In this document: positions 50,635-60,152 of the stretch, in pieces
Numbering within the stretch: the first letter of the stretch is position 1
How the letters are laid out: each line of letters starts with the position of its first letter
Origin: Promethearchaeia archaeon
GTDB lineage: Archaea; Asgardarchaeota; Lokiarchaeia; Sigyniarchaeales; SOKP01
NCBI GenBank assembly: GCA_046483985.1
Contig: JAWOCD010000056.1
Coordinates: 1 to 64,000, forward strand
Length of the DNA: 64,000 bases
Reading direction: 5' to 3'
Position numbers and translations under genes: made by a program
Notes under the pieces: model-generated
What the model saw: only the letters and a program-made list of their open reading frames with translations
Databases searched by the model: none
What the model was told of the DNA's origin: nothing

Positions 50635-51138
50635 TTGATTAAATTGGGTTTTAAAGAAACTTACGAGAAAGTAAAGGAAGATATTTCTGCAGGCGAGAAG
50701 AACTTCAATGTGAAATGTGAAATGATTGACGAGGGGCTTCAATGTAAAGCAATAATGGGAGGGAAACCTCATGAATTTATTATTGATGCTCCTGCTGGGT
50801 TAGATGGAACGGATGAAGGTCCTAGCCCACTTTTAGCCATTTTAGCATCGATTGGAGCATGTATTATTGCCGTCACCCGATTCTGGGCCAAAATTATGGA
50901 CATCGAGATTAAGGACATGAAAGTCTTTTCGAGAGGTCACATAAATCTTGGAGCAATCTTCGGTATTGATGAGGATATGTTACCCGGGTACGATAAACTC
51001 GAACCCGTGGTTCAAATCGAAGCCGATGCTCCCGAAGAAAAAGTGGAAGAGATGATGGATAAAGTTTTTAACCATTGTCCCGTCATTACCAACTTTGGCG
51101 GCGCAAGCCCTATTAAGCCAAAATTAAGAATTAGATAA
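50635..51138 (+). CDS. OsmC/Ohr family protein
   Basis: DAP..L.GTD.GPSP...L.SIGAC and HCPV, with both conserved Cys. Confidence 0.88.
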   Translation: MIKLGFKETYEKVKEDISAGEKNFNVKCEMIDEGLQCKAIMGGKPHEFIIDAPAGLDGTDEGPSPLLAILASIGACIIAVTRFWAKIMDIEIKDMKVFSRGHINLGAIFGIDEDMLPGYDKLEPVVQIEADAPEEKVEEMMDKVFNHCPVITNFGGASPIKPKLRIR

Positions 51139-51357
51139 TCTCTAAAAATTTAATTCATACATATTTACTTTTTTTTCTTTTCTTTCATCTTTTTAGATTT
51201 TGATTAGTTGATAATCACGAACTTATTATTTAAGTGATACTATTACGGTATTTGTAACCTATATATATGTAGGTTGATTACTTTTATAATAGTTGATCCA
51301 AGTGTATTTTTATTTGAATATGCATTTAAGCAAAAAATAAAAGATTAGTAAATCCAC

Positions 51358-52782
51358 ATGTTGAAAGATATTTATAAACGAAAGCAAAATCGGATTCAGA
51401 CCTATAAGGTTAATGAATTTCTTACCTTGAAGTTAATTAATAAACGCACATATATCTATGTGGATGATCGACTCTTTTTACAATGTAAATATTTATTACT
51501 CAATATACCGTTAAATAAAAATAAATCTCGCGCGATAGATTCCATAGACGAGGCAGCCGAGCGCTTAGATAATACGTTAGAAAAGCCATTCCTTTTTAAG
51601 AACGAGCCCATAACCCCCGAAATGGAGTTTTGGGGTCATTGTTCTAATTTAGACGCATGGGCAAAGTATGATTATGACACCAGAATATTACATAGAAATC
51701 TGGCATTCCCATTACTTCGGAAATTGACGGAAGCTGGTGATCCAAAAGCAAGAAAAATCTTCAAAGAAGAAGTAGCAAAACGACTGTTAAGTGAACAACT
51801 CTCTGTTATTACCTATTTGATCAATGAAGGATATTTAGAATATTTCAATAAAGAAGAATTAGAAACCATCTTAGAGACCAATTCAAAAGAAAATGTATGG
51901 ACTCTTTTAGGTATTGCTTATACACGGGAAAGAAAATTTCAAGGGGCTGAACATGCCTTCCAACTGGTCTTAAAAAAGAATCCAGATTATAAAAACGCTT
52001 ACAGGGGTCTGGGTAAATTATATGTCAAAATGAAAGAGTATGCGAAAGCTAGCAATGCTTTCAAGAAATATCTAGAACTAGAACCAGATTCCAAATCTAT
52101 ATGGTTCCAACTTGGTGAAATCTATAAAAAACAAGAACAATATGAAAATGCTATCGATGCTTTTAAACAGTCTCTTGAAATTGACCCTAGATTTGAAGCG
52201 GGTCTCTGTGAACTGGCTTTCACCTTACGACTCAATAAGCAATTTGAAAAAGCCATCAAAAAAAACCTCAAGGCATTAGACATTTATCCCAAAGATAAAG
52301 TAGCATGGAATAACCTCAGTTGGGCATATAATGGAAATAAGCAATATGAAAAGGCTTTTCAATCTGCTCGAAAAGCCCTCGAACTCGATCCCCATTTTGC
52401 CAATCCGTATAATCATATCGGATTTGCCCATTTTAGACTTAAAAACTATAAAAAAGCATTACGAAACGTAAAAAAGGCGATTGCAATAGACGAGAATTAT
52501 GGTCGCGCGTGGAAATATTTGGGTCTAATTTATGAGAAGAAACAATCCAGAATTCATTGCATTAGCGCTTTTGAGCGATACTTAGAACTAAATCCAAATG
52601 ATGTAAAATTTCAATTCAAATTAGGGAAATGGTACTATAAATTAAACCTTTTAGAAGAAGCAGAAAAGAGATGTAGGATTTGCTTAAAGTTAGATCCTAA
52701 ATTCTCAGAGGCACAAGGCTTATTAACAAAGATTAAGAACACCTCACAACAAGGAAAGTTAAAGGAAAGAAATCAAGCTTAA
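51358..52782 (+). CDS. Lokiarchaeal 'FWGHCSNL' domain fused to TPR repeats
   Basis: N-terminal EFWGHCSNLDAWAKYDYDTRILHRNLAFPLLRKLTEAGD, then about 8 TPR motifs. Confidence 0.85.
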   Translation: MLKDIYKRKQNRIQTYKVNEFLTLKLINKRTYIYVDDRLFLQCKYLLLNIPLNKNKSRAIDSIDEAAERLDNTLEKPFLFKNEPITPEMEFWGHCSNLDAWAKYDYDTRILHRNLAFPLLRKLTEAGDPKARKIFKEEVAKRLLSEQLSVITYLINEGYLEYFNKEELETILETNSKENVWTLLGIAYTRERKFQGAEHAFQLVLKKNPDYKNAYRGLGKLYVKMKEYAKASNAFKKYLELEPDSKSIWFQLGEIYKKQEQYENAIDAFKQSLEIDPRFEAGLCELAFTLRLNKQFEKAIKKNLKALDIYPKDKVAWNNLSWAYNGNKQYEKAFQSARKALELDPHFANPYNHIGFAHFRLKNYKKALRNVKKAIAIDENYGRAWKYLGLIYEKKQSRIHCISAFERYLELNPNDVKFQFKLGKWYYKLNLLEEAEKRCRICLKLDPKFSEAQGLLTKIKNTSQQGKLKERNQA

Positions 52783-52811
52783 CCTAAGAAATAAGTTGTG
52801 CAATTTGGTTT

Positions 52812-52874
52812 TGAATATATATTCATTAAATTTAAAAAGGAAAAGTGATATATATTAATTAAGAATAAATATTC
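52812..52874. promoter_or_regulatory. Two GAATAWWTATTC palindromes upstream of the DUF5320 gene
   Basis: tgaatatatattca (52812-52825, perfect) and gaataaatattc (52863-52874) flank a TTTAAA box. Confidence 0.45.
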
Positions 52875-52918
52875 ATAAATAAAAAAATTAATCATAAAAA
52901 TGGAGTTGAAAAAGTTAA

Positions 52919-53308
52919 ATGCCAGGTGGAGATGGAACTGGTCCTAATGGGTATGGTCCAATGACGGGGCGAGGTCTAGGATACTGCGCCGGATATAGCA
53001 CACCCGGTTATACCAAGGGTGGAGGATTAGGATTAGGTCGTGGATTTCGAGGAGGAAGAGGACGTGGATTCGGGAGAGGAATTGGTCGGGGTCGCGGACG
53101 AAGGTTCGTGGGTCCCGTTACAAGACCCGTTTACGCTAACCCCGTCCAATCAGCTCCGGTAGGAACAGCTCAACCAGCAACCCCGGAAGCAGAGCTTAAC
53201 ATGCTAAAACAAGAAAAGAACTACCTCGAAACCGAATTGGACAATATTAGAAATGCCCTTCAGGACATTACCAAAAGAATAAACGAATTAGAAACAGAGA
53301 GTGAATAA
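52919..53308 (+). CDS. DUF5320 family protein (Gly/Arg-rich, C-terminal coiled coil)
   Basis: MPGGDGTGP.G.GPMTGRGLGYCAG signature, RG repeats, terminal coiled coil. Confidence 0.9.
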   Translation: MPGGDGTGPNGYGPMTGRGLGYCAGYSTPGYTKGGGLGLGRGFRGGRGRGFGRGIGRGRGRRFVGPVTRPVYANPVQSAPVGTAQPATPEAELNMLKQEKNYLETELDNIRNALQDITKRINELETESE

Positions 53309-53312
53309 TCAA

Positions 53313-53327
53313 TTTTTTTTTTTTTTT
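53313..53327 (+). terminator. Oligo-T (T15) archaeal-type terminator
   Basis: Fifteen consecutive T starting 5 nt after the stop codon. Confidence 0.55.
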
Positions 53328-53369
53328 ATTTATATGTTCTTTGAGAGTAAACTCAGAGGTTTTTAATAG

Positions 53370-53762
53370 ATGGAATCAAACGATATTCATGAAAGTTACG
53401 AAGATTATCTAAAAGCGATTTATTTAATTTCAAAAAATAATCGTGGGGGATGGGTTTCAAATTCAGAAATCGCTCAATACTTAGATGTAAAGCCATCCTC
53501 AGTATCAAGTATGCTTCATAAGCTAAAAGATAACGGGTTAATTTTTTGGAAGCCCCGTAAATCTCTGCGTTTAACTAAAAAGGGGAAAAAGATTGCGAAA
53601 AATATGATGAAAAAGTATAATCTCCTAAAAGAATTCTTTTTTAATATTTTAGAGATAAAGGATAAGGCGTTAATTAAGGATTTAAGCTGTCGGATTGAAC
53701 ATCATCTTACCCCAGAGGTATCTGAAGCCCTTCAAAATTTGAGTCCTAAAGTGTCTCCATAA
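53370..53762 (+). CDS. DtxR/MntR family metal-dependent transcriptional regulator
   Basis: EDYLKAIY, IA..L.VKPSSV..ML.KL, LT.KG, CRIEH.L. Confidence 0.9.
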   Translation: MESNDIHESYEDYLKAIYLISKNNRGGWVSNSEIAQYLDVKPSSVSSMLHKLKDNGLIFWKPRKSLRLTKKGKKIAKNMMKKYNLLKEFFFNILEIKDKALIKDLSCRIEHHLTPEVSEALQNLSPKVSP

Positions 53763-53834
53763 CTTACTTCTTAGTATAGATCTTTCTCGCATTCTTATGG
53801 TAAACTTTTAAAATTAGGATAAATGATTTAAATT

Positions 53835-53990
53835 ATGCCCGAAGTAAAATTAAAAGTAAACGATAAAGAAATTCCCTTAAATGAAATCATGCAAACAGTA
53901 ATTACGAATATTAATGTAGGCTTTATCGATTCTTTAAGCGGAGTTCCTGATCCAAAAAGGAAAATAGAGCTGGAAATCAGCCCAAGCTGA
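53835..53990 (+). CDS. Small protein (51 aa) resembling the C-terminal domain of MobB-associated proteins
   Basis: MPEVKLKVNDKEIPLNEIMQTVITNINVGFIDSLSGVPDPKRKIELEISPS; below the ORF-track cutoff; preceded by TTTTAAA. Confidence 0.65.
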   Translation: MPEVKLKVNDKEIPLNEIMQTVITNINVGFIDSLSGVPDPKRKIELEISPS

Positions 53991-54269
53991 AATCTATTGG
54001 AATATTTTTTCTTTACTTATTTTTATTCCATATATTCTTTATCGGTAATTTTTTCTTTAGAGAGAAAGTATGGTAGGTCGATCTTATTTTAGGAAACGCA
54101 TTTTACTCCAATTGGGTAAAAGATATTCTCTTTGTTTTCCATAGATTAAGCATATTCGTTATTCCCGCGAGCAAATGGATTAAAAAGATTGAAAACATTT
54201 TTAATAATAATAAGTTTTATTAACTAATCCTTTATTTACCTTTTCGGACTTTTAAAAATTCATAACCCT

Positions 54270-54321
54270 TTTTTTAACCCAAGTTGATAAGAGAAACCCA
54301 AGATAGAAGAAAATAGAGCCA
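54270..54321 (-). repeat. Diverged copy of the 3' end of gene 54837..55562
   Basis: 48/52 identical to 54852-54903; reads GSIFFYLGFLLSTWVKKRVMNF*. Confidence 0.9.
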
Positions 54322-54330
54322 TTTAAAGAT

Positions 54331-54582
54331 TTAATAATAGAAAATAGAAAAAAGAAAATCTAAAGATTTAAAAAGAGAAAAAAAGTAAAAAGAGAAAAGA
54401 AAACCGACTATTCCCAATATAATCCCTATTATGGAAAGCACCTTTGATTCGTCCTTTACACGCCCAATGATCCCCAAGATTATTGCTACCGGGCCAAAAA
54501 ATACCCCCGCCCCATAAACAAAAATAAGTCCAATAGAAATCAATCCTAAAATTAAAGACGCCGAGGCTAAAGAATTTTTCAC
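54331..54582 (-). CDS. DUF4190-like small membrane protein
   Basis: A.ASLILG...PVAIILGIIG....LSIIGIILG pattern. Confidence 0.7.
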   Translation of the reverse strand: MKNSLASASLILGLISIGLIFVYGAGVFFGPVAIILGIIGRVKDESKVLSIIGIILGIVGFLFSFYFFSLFKSLDFLFSIFYY

Positions 54583-54836
54583 TTTATTACCATGCTCTTT
54601 GTTTTGAATAATAAAATTATAAAATATGATAACACATAAAAATATTAATCAAATTGATTGATCTTATTATTCTTACAAAAAGTATTTTAACTCTATCTCT
54701 TAACTTACTTATATTCTGCAATAGATTTTTCCATAATCCTTACCGCTTTTGCCTTCTCTTGCTTTAATTTAATTCAATATTGTCGGTCTTAGGGATATCA
54801 ATTTCAGATAAAATGAATCATGAAAGTAAACGAAAA

Positions 54837-55562
54837 TCATTTTAAAAATCGTTTTTTAACCCAAGATGGCAAGAGAAATCCAAGATAGAAGAAAATAGAG
54901 CCACTTGCTAACAATAATCGAGCAATCATTAAGGGGATAGGAACATCTATCGTAAAAATTGTATCCATCACAGCACCAACCACAAATAAGAGAAAAGCTA
55001 TTAGAAGTAATTTCCCTTTTAATTTAGTCTCCCCTTTAGCATTCAGTGCTTCTCTGACAAACATTAATCCGGTTAATAAGATGATAGCTAAAATGGAATA
55101 CAGCAACAAATGAGGAAAGAGAGCCCATGTATAAGTTTCATTTTGTTTACCCCAAATCATTCCTGGCTGCATGAAGTAAAAATAAAATAAAAGGATTTCT
55201 GCTAAAAAACTCAGAGTTAATATAATAATTAAAATAAGCCTTCTCTTTTTTCTCTCAATCTTAAGCATATTCGTTATTCCTGCAAGCCAAAGCATTAAAA
55301 AGATTGGGAGGTCGGCAATATTAAATAGAAAATAGAAAAAATAGATTACAGCTGAAGTGGGCGGCTGTCCTATTAAAAGGAAAAGAAATTGTGTGAATTC
55401 AGGAAAATAAGGGGTTGCCATTCCCAGCCACGCAAGTCCAATATATAAAAGATTAATCTCGCGATATTTAAAATATTGCAGAAAAATTCGTAATCCCACT
55501 ATTAAAGTAATTAGCACGAATAAAAAGCTCAAAAATAATGAAAATGTATAGGCTACACTCAT
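54837..55562 (-). CDS. Polytopic (about 7 TM) membrane protein, unknown function
   Basis: Seven hydrophobic segments; ends FYLGFLLPSWVKK. Confidence 0.8.
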   Translation of the reverse strand: MSVAYTFSLFLSFLFVLITLIVGLRIFLQYFKYREINLLYIGLAWLGMATPYFPEFTQFLFLLIGQPPTSAVIYFFYFLFNIADLPIFLMLWLAGITNMLKIERKKRRLILIIILTLSFLAEILLFYFYFMQPGMIWGKQNETYTWALFPHLLLYSILAIILLTGLMFVREALNAKGETKLKGKLLLIAFLLFVVGAVMDTIFTIDVPIPLMIARLLLASGSIFFYLGFLLPSWVKKRFLK

Positions 55563-55632
55563 ATTTGGAAGAAAACAGATTTATTAAAAAATCTTTACAT
55601 TGTTAAAGTAATGAGACGGAAAAAATAGCCAA

Positions 55633-55866
55633 TTAATTCTTAATTGGTTCTAAATCCTTGCAAATCCGGAATTTTTTCACTAATTTTTTCTTGTTTGAGC
55701 GTCTATTAATTTTATAAACTTTGAGAACTCCCGCATCATTAGGATAGCGTTGATTAATAACTTTACAGATATCTTCGGGACTCTTTTGATGAATTCGGAG
55801 GTTTTTCTTATCAAACCTCTTAAACACACCCAAAAAAACATTTTTCCTTGACTTATCAATAAACAT
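55633..55866 (-). CDS. Small basic hypothetical protein
   Basis: ATG ORF, K/R-rich. Confidence 0.45.
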   Translation of the reverse strand: MFIDKSRKNVFLGVFKRFDKKNLRIHQKSPEDICKVINQRYPNDAGVLKVYKINRRSNKKKLVKKFRICKDLEPIKN

Positions 55867-56132
55867 GTAATGTATTTAAACCCCTTTTATTATCTAAATA
55901 AGTATAATTATGGCATGTACTAAAATCTAACAATTATAAGTTAAAAAAACTACTTTTATAAGGCAAAGAATTTACACCTTAACAATTTTAAGATTATTAC
56001 ATTAATTTATTGAATCTTAGGGTTAGTATATTCAAAAAGGAAATCATAATTGAGGAAATTTTAGAATATTATACAGTATTTTAAAAAGAATTTAACATAC
56101 ATATATTATAAAAAGAATAAAGTGTATAAAAA

Positions 56133-56972
56133 TTGGTAGTTGCTTTAGCTTTTTTGATGATAATCCTTATAGGTGCGCTCAGTTTAATTGGACTTTTTTT
56201 AATTTCGATTAATGGAAAGACTTTAGATAATATTTTGTTTGTTCTTATAGCATTTGCCACGGGAACAATCTTGGCAACTGCGCTTTTTGATTTAATCCCG
56301 GAGGCACTCCATCATCTTGAGAGTTTAAATACGGAGGGAGCAGGATTAGGGGAGAACCTCGTATTTTTTTTTGTCATATTGGGATATATTGTATTTTTCA
56401 TTCTTGAACGTTTTATTTATTGGTTTCACGGGCATGCACATAGAGAAGAAAATGAATTTATCTGTTATGATAATGTCTCTGGTAAAGTGAACAAGAAATC
56501 CTCCAGTAACAATAAGATCCAAAACTTTGCTATACTTAATTTAGTAGGTGATGGTTTACATAATTTTTTGGATGGAATAATTATTATGGTTGGCTTTTTG
56601 ACCGGAATTAATACTGGAATAATTATTACGCTTGCGGTACTTTTTCATGAGCTTCCGCAAGAAATGGGAGACTTTGGAATTCTTTTATATGGGGGGTTCA
56701 CCAAGAAAAGGGCCTTATTATTCAATTTCTCAAGTGCAATGATTGCATTATTTGGAGGGCTTTTTGCATTAATTCTCTCAAACATTCTTGAGACATTTAA
56801 TCTCTTCTTTTTGGCTTTTTCAGGTGGAGGGTTTTTATACCTAGCAACAACCGAATTAATGCCAGAACTTCTCAAGCAGGCAAAGTTAAGAAAATCTGTA
56901 ATACAAGCACTAATCTTTCTTGGAGGCGTTACACTTATCTTGATACTAGTTTTTACGCTTCCACATGCCTAA
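56133..56972 (+). CDS. ZIP family divalent metal transporter
   Basis: FHGHAH loop, GDGLHNFLDG, HELPQEMGDFG. Confidence 0.93.
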   Translation: MVVALAFLMIILIGALSLIGLFLISINGKTLDNILFVLIAFATGTILATALFDLIPEALHHLESLNTEGAGLGENLVFFFVILGYIVFFILERFIYWFHGHAHREENEFICYDNVSGKVNKKSSSNNKIQNFAILNLVGDGLHNFLDGIIIMVGFLTGINTGIIITLAVLFHELPQEMGDFGILLYGGFTKKRALLFNFSSAMIALFGGLFALILSNILETFNLFFLAFSGGGFLYLATTELMPELLKQAKLRKSVIQALIFLGGVTLILILVFTLPHA

Positions 56973-56987
56973 GGTTGAATATATTTG

Positions 56988-57178
56988 AAATGAATTTATC
57001 TGTGATGATAATGTCTCTGGTAAAGTGGACAAGAAATCCTCCAATAACAATAAGATCCAAAACTTTGCTATACTTAATTTAGTAGGTGATGGTTTGCATA
57101 ATTTTTTGGATGGAATAATTATTATGGTTGGCTTTTTGACCGGAATTAATACTGGAATAATTATTACGCTTGCGGTAC
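56988..57178 (+). repeat. 191-bp duplicate of an internal ZIP segment (56450-56640)
   Basis: Ungapped alignment with 4 mismatches. Confidence 0.93.
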
Positions 57179-57274
57179 GGGATTTTTCTTCTTAATTCCC
57201 TTTTTCCATTTTTTTGCTGTTATAGAAAAAGGAGCATTCCAAGACCATGCGTCCGTTCCGATGATATGAACTCC
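57179..57274 (-). pseudogene. Fragment of a cyclase (kynurenine formamidase-like) family gene
   Basis: Reads GVHIIGTDAWSWNAPFSITAKKW, matching the GV..VGTDAWSWD.PF motif; no start and no full ORF. Confidence 0.55.
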
Positions 57275-57341
57275 CTATAAACGGTTGATCCATAATTATA
57301 GAAAATAGTAAATAAGAGATTTCTTTATAGAATCGATAAAA

Positions 57342-58142
57342 TCAGGTAGAGCGATATCTTGTGGGAATATCAGAAAATTTAATTCCCCTTTCTCTTAAAG
57401 CATCTTTTACTCGCATAGTTAAATTTGTCTTATATGCTCCTTGTTCTGTTGGATCTAGTGGATAGGATTTAATTCTATAATGAGTACTTTGGGGTAATTC
57501 ATTAACCCTTATTTTAATAGGCTTTTCCAGCTGTGTATATGGGCAAATAAACGTGACTCTTTCCATTATTTCCTTAACCATATAAGAATCGTGATTTGGA
57601 TCTAAATAAATATTTGTAACACACATCAAATTCCGCGATCCAGCATTAGCGTTATAAATTGTTGTATTCCAAATTTTCAATTGCGGAATAATTACTTCAG
57701 TATTATCTAACGTTCTCATTTTTATTGTTCTTAACTTTATTGCTTCAATTTCACCATAAACACCATTAATCTCTATCCAATCACCCTCCTGATAATTTTT
57801 TTCATATAAGGAGATTAAACCTGCGATAATACTACTTATATAATCTTTGAAGGCAAAACCAAGAGCAATACTCATTGCGGCTAATAATGTAATGATATTT
57901 ACTTCGCTTGGCTGGGTAATAATTATCAGTACCCAAATCGTACCTAAAGCAATAATTATTAATCGAATAATCGGTTGTAAAGATAAATATTTATATTTCT
58001 GTTTTGCTTTTGTTTTTTTCTTTATATGATTAAACAATACCTTGTTAATTTTTAACAGAATAAAGATACCGATAATTATGCCTGCTAGCAATATTAAATC
58101 TCCAATACTTAAATTTAGAAAAATATCAGTCGTCTCTGTCAT
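57342..58142 (-). CDS. mscS: Small-conductance mechanosensitive channel family protein
   Basis: Three TM segments, ALGFAFKD..SSIIAG, GDWIEING.YGEI..I.LRT. Confidence 0.9.
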   Translation of the reverse strand: MTETTDIFLNLSIGDLILLAGIIIGIFILLKINKVLFNHIKKKTKAKQKYKYLSLQPIIRLIIIALGTIWVLIIITQPSEVNIITLLAAMSIALGFAFKDYISSIIAGLISLYEKNYQEGDWIEINGVYGEIEAIKLRTIKMRTLDNTEVIIPQLKIWNTTIYNANAGSRNLMCVTNIYLDPNHDSYMVKEIMERVTFICPYTQLEKPIKIRVNELPQSTHYRIKSYPLDPTEQGAYKTNLTMRVKDALRERGIKFSDIPTRYRST

Positions 58143-59491
58143 TTGCTCACCTCCAAATTATCTATTAGGAATCCTACAGATCTAAGATAATCCCTTACAT
58201 TTGGGTATGCACTTGGAACAATATTTAATACATCTTCTTCTTTTCTTCTAATCAACCCATGTGTCTCTAAGTAATTTATAATGGATACGACCTTTTTTGA
58301 TTCTATATTTAAAATTAACGCAAGTTTTTCTTTAGAGAGACCGTTGTGGAGAATTAAAGAATCTAAGAGAATGTTTTCTTCACTGTTCATATTCTTAGGT
58401 ATCTCAGGCATTGTTATACCTTTCCAGGGTTTTACCCAAATTGTATAAAATCTTTTTCTTTCTAATTTCACCTCTTCTTCTTTATCAAACTCAAAGTCTT
58501 CATCGGGTCTCGTTCTTAAATTATCCCTCAATATATGCCAGCAAATCATAGGTAATCCTTGTGCATATGCTATTAAATTTCTCATAAATTTATCTTCAAC
58601 TTTTAATTGAATTTCTTCCTCAACCCCCTCCTTAGTTTTTAATTTGAGCTCGTCATCCTCATCCTGGACTATTAATTGTTCCATATTATTCTCTTTTTCA
58701 ATTTTAGTTTTAATCTTATCGCCTTTTTCTTCTCCCATTTCTACTAATGACAATTGCTCTTCGAATATTAAATCCCCACTATCTGTTAATCTATAGAGAA
58801 ATTTTTTTCTATTGTTTTGAGCCATAAGATTCAATAACCAATGTTTTAAAGCAGATTCGTTCATTGTCTGCAAAATTCTTTGCTCAAAATTAGTAAAAGG
58901 AATATTAAGAATTTTGAAAAATTTCCACGCCCAAGATTGACATACGATAATGACCTCATTTGAATGTTTTGAAAGGTTTTGGACTATATTTTCTAAAAGC
59001 CCCAAACCATTGTGATGTCTGAGAAACCATTTTTCCAAATTTGTAATAGCAATATTTTCTTCTTCCCCGAGCTCAAAAACATTATCTTTACGTTTATGAT
59101 AATTTAAAATTTCTTCGTAAGTTGGAGGTGTTAATAACTTATAATTTGCTGTTTCTACCCATTTTTCTACTATTTGATCAGTTCCACTAAATGGTTTATT
59201 AATCAATAGAAGTTTCTTATAATCTATTTTATTTAATTCTTTTTGAAAATATTGAACCATTTCCTCCCAATCCGGTTCTGGTAAGATATTGTCTAATTGT
59301 CTTAAACTAAATGAATTTAATTTATTGTAAGATAGAAAATTCTCCTCTTTTGTCGATTTGAAAAGATTCCGAAACAAACCTCCAATCTTTTCTTTGACTT
59401 CTCGGGGGCCTTGAGGGATTTCATAATCCTCTAATGGAATGACTCGGCAAAGATTAGGTACGTCCTTATCATCTTCTACTTTTTCATTCAT
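58139..59491 (-). CDS. Degenerate AAA-like/wHTH protein coupled to mscS
   Basis: KPFSG relic P-loop, LEKWFLRHHNGL, SWAW, C-terminal wHTH; 4-bp overlap with mscS. Confidence 0.65.
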   Translation of the reverse strand: MNEKVEDDKDVPNLCRVIPLEDYEIPQGPREVKEKIGGLFRNLFKSTKEENFLSYNKLNSFSLRQLDNILPEPDWEEMVQYFQKELNKIDYKKLLLINKPFSGTDQIVEKWVETANYKLLTPPTYEEILNYHKRKDNVFELGEEENIAITNLEKWFLRHHNGLGLLENIVQNLSKHSNEVIIVCQSWAWKFFKILNIPFTNFEQRILQTMNESALKHWLLNLMAQNNRKKFLYRLTDSGDLIFEEQLSLVEMGEEKGDKIKTKIEKENNMEQLIVQDEDDELKLKTKEGVEEEIQLKVEDKFMRNLIAYAQGLPMICWHILRDNLRTRPDEDFEFDKEEEVKLERKRFYTIWVKPWKGITMPEIPKNMNSEENILLDSLILHNGLSKEKLALILNIESKKVVSIINYLETHGLIRRKEEDVLNIVPSAYPNVRDYLRSVGFLIDNLEVSK

Positions 59492-59683
59492 GATTTATAA
59501 AGACTGGAGATTTATTCGATCTATTAAACATTATCACATAAAAATATTTTTAGAGATCTATTAAATGTTTCTTAATTCATTGAAGGGAATTTTTAAAAAA
59601 AGATAATTCCTTGCGAACTGAAATTCGCTTAAAATACCGAAACTTCATATGTCAGATATCGCACGGGAAAAAATTACAAAAAC

Positions 59684-59938
59684 CTAAAGACCAAGCAGGA
59701 TGATAAAATTGCTTCCTTGTGAATAATCTCCCTTCACGCGATTTTCTACCCAAACTTCTCCACCGTACATATTGATTATTTCCTTCACAAGCGACAAACC
59801 GATGCCCGTCCCTTTCCCTTGTTGGTTTATTTCATACGATCGTTTAAAAATATCTTTTTTTCTCTGCTTGCTAATTCCGATTCCATTGTCTTTAAATTCA
59901 ATCTTAATATGATTTTGCCCCTCGTTTTGTACTTTAAA
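59684..59938 (-). pseudogene. Histidine kinase HATPase_c C-terminal fragment
   Basis: FKDNGIGI, GTGIGLSLVK.II..YGG.VWVENR, GSNF. The N-box and HisKA domain are missing, and the gene is cut at the repeat at 59939. Confidence 0.8.
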
Positions 59939-59980
59939 GTTTTTACTCTTCCACATGCCTAAGGTCGAATAGATTTGAAA
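59939..59980 (+). repeat. Diverged copy of the ZIP gene 3' end and stop (56949-56990)
   Basis: 39/42 identical. Confidence 0.9.
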
Positions 59981-60152
59981 AAGATCATGCGAGAAAATCG
60001 ATACGAGAATGTTAGTTTTTTACATTCGATTTAAGCAATTTTATGGAGATTATTTATTTGACTTGATTTCTTATCATTTATTACATTGAAAAAGGGACTC
60101 ATAGACCATTAATGCCTGGGATTTTTTAAATTTAATCAGAAATTTATTAATA

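Noticed and set aside
59684-59956. 90-aa ORF as an intact gene
   Set aside because: Its ATG and first codons (MWKSK) come from the antisense of the duplicated ZIP end; the rest is a truncated kinase fragment.
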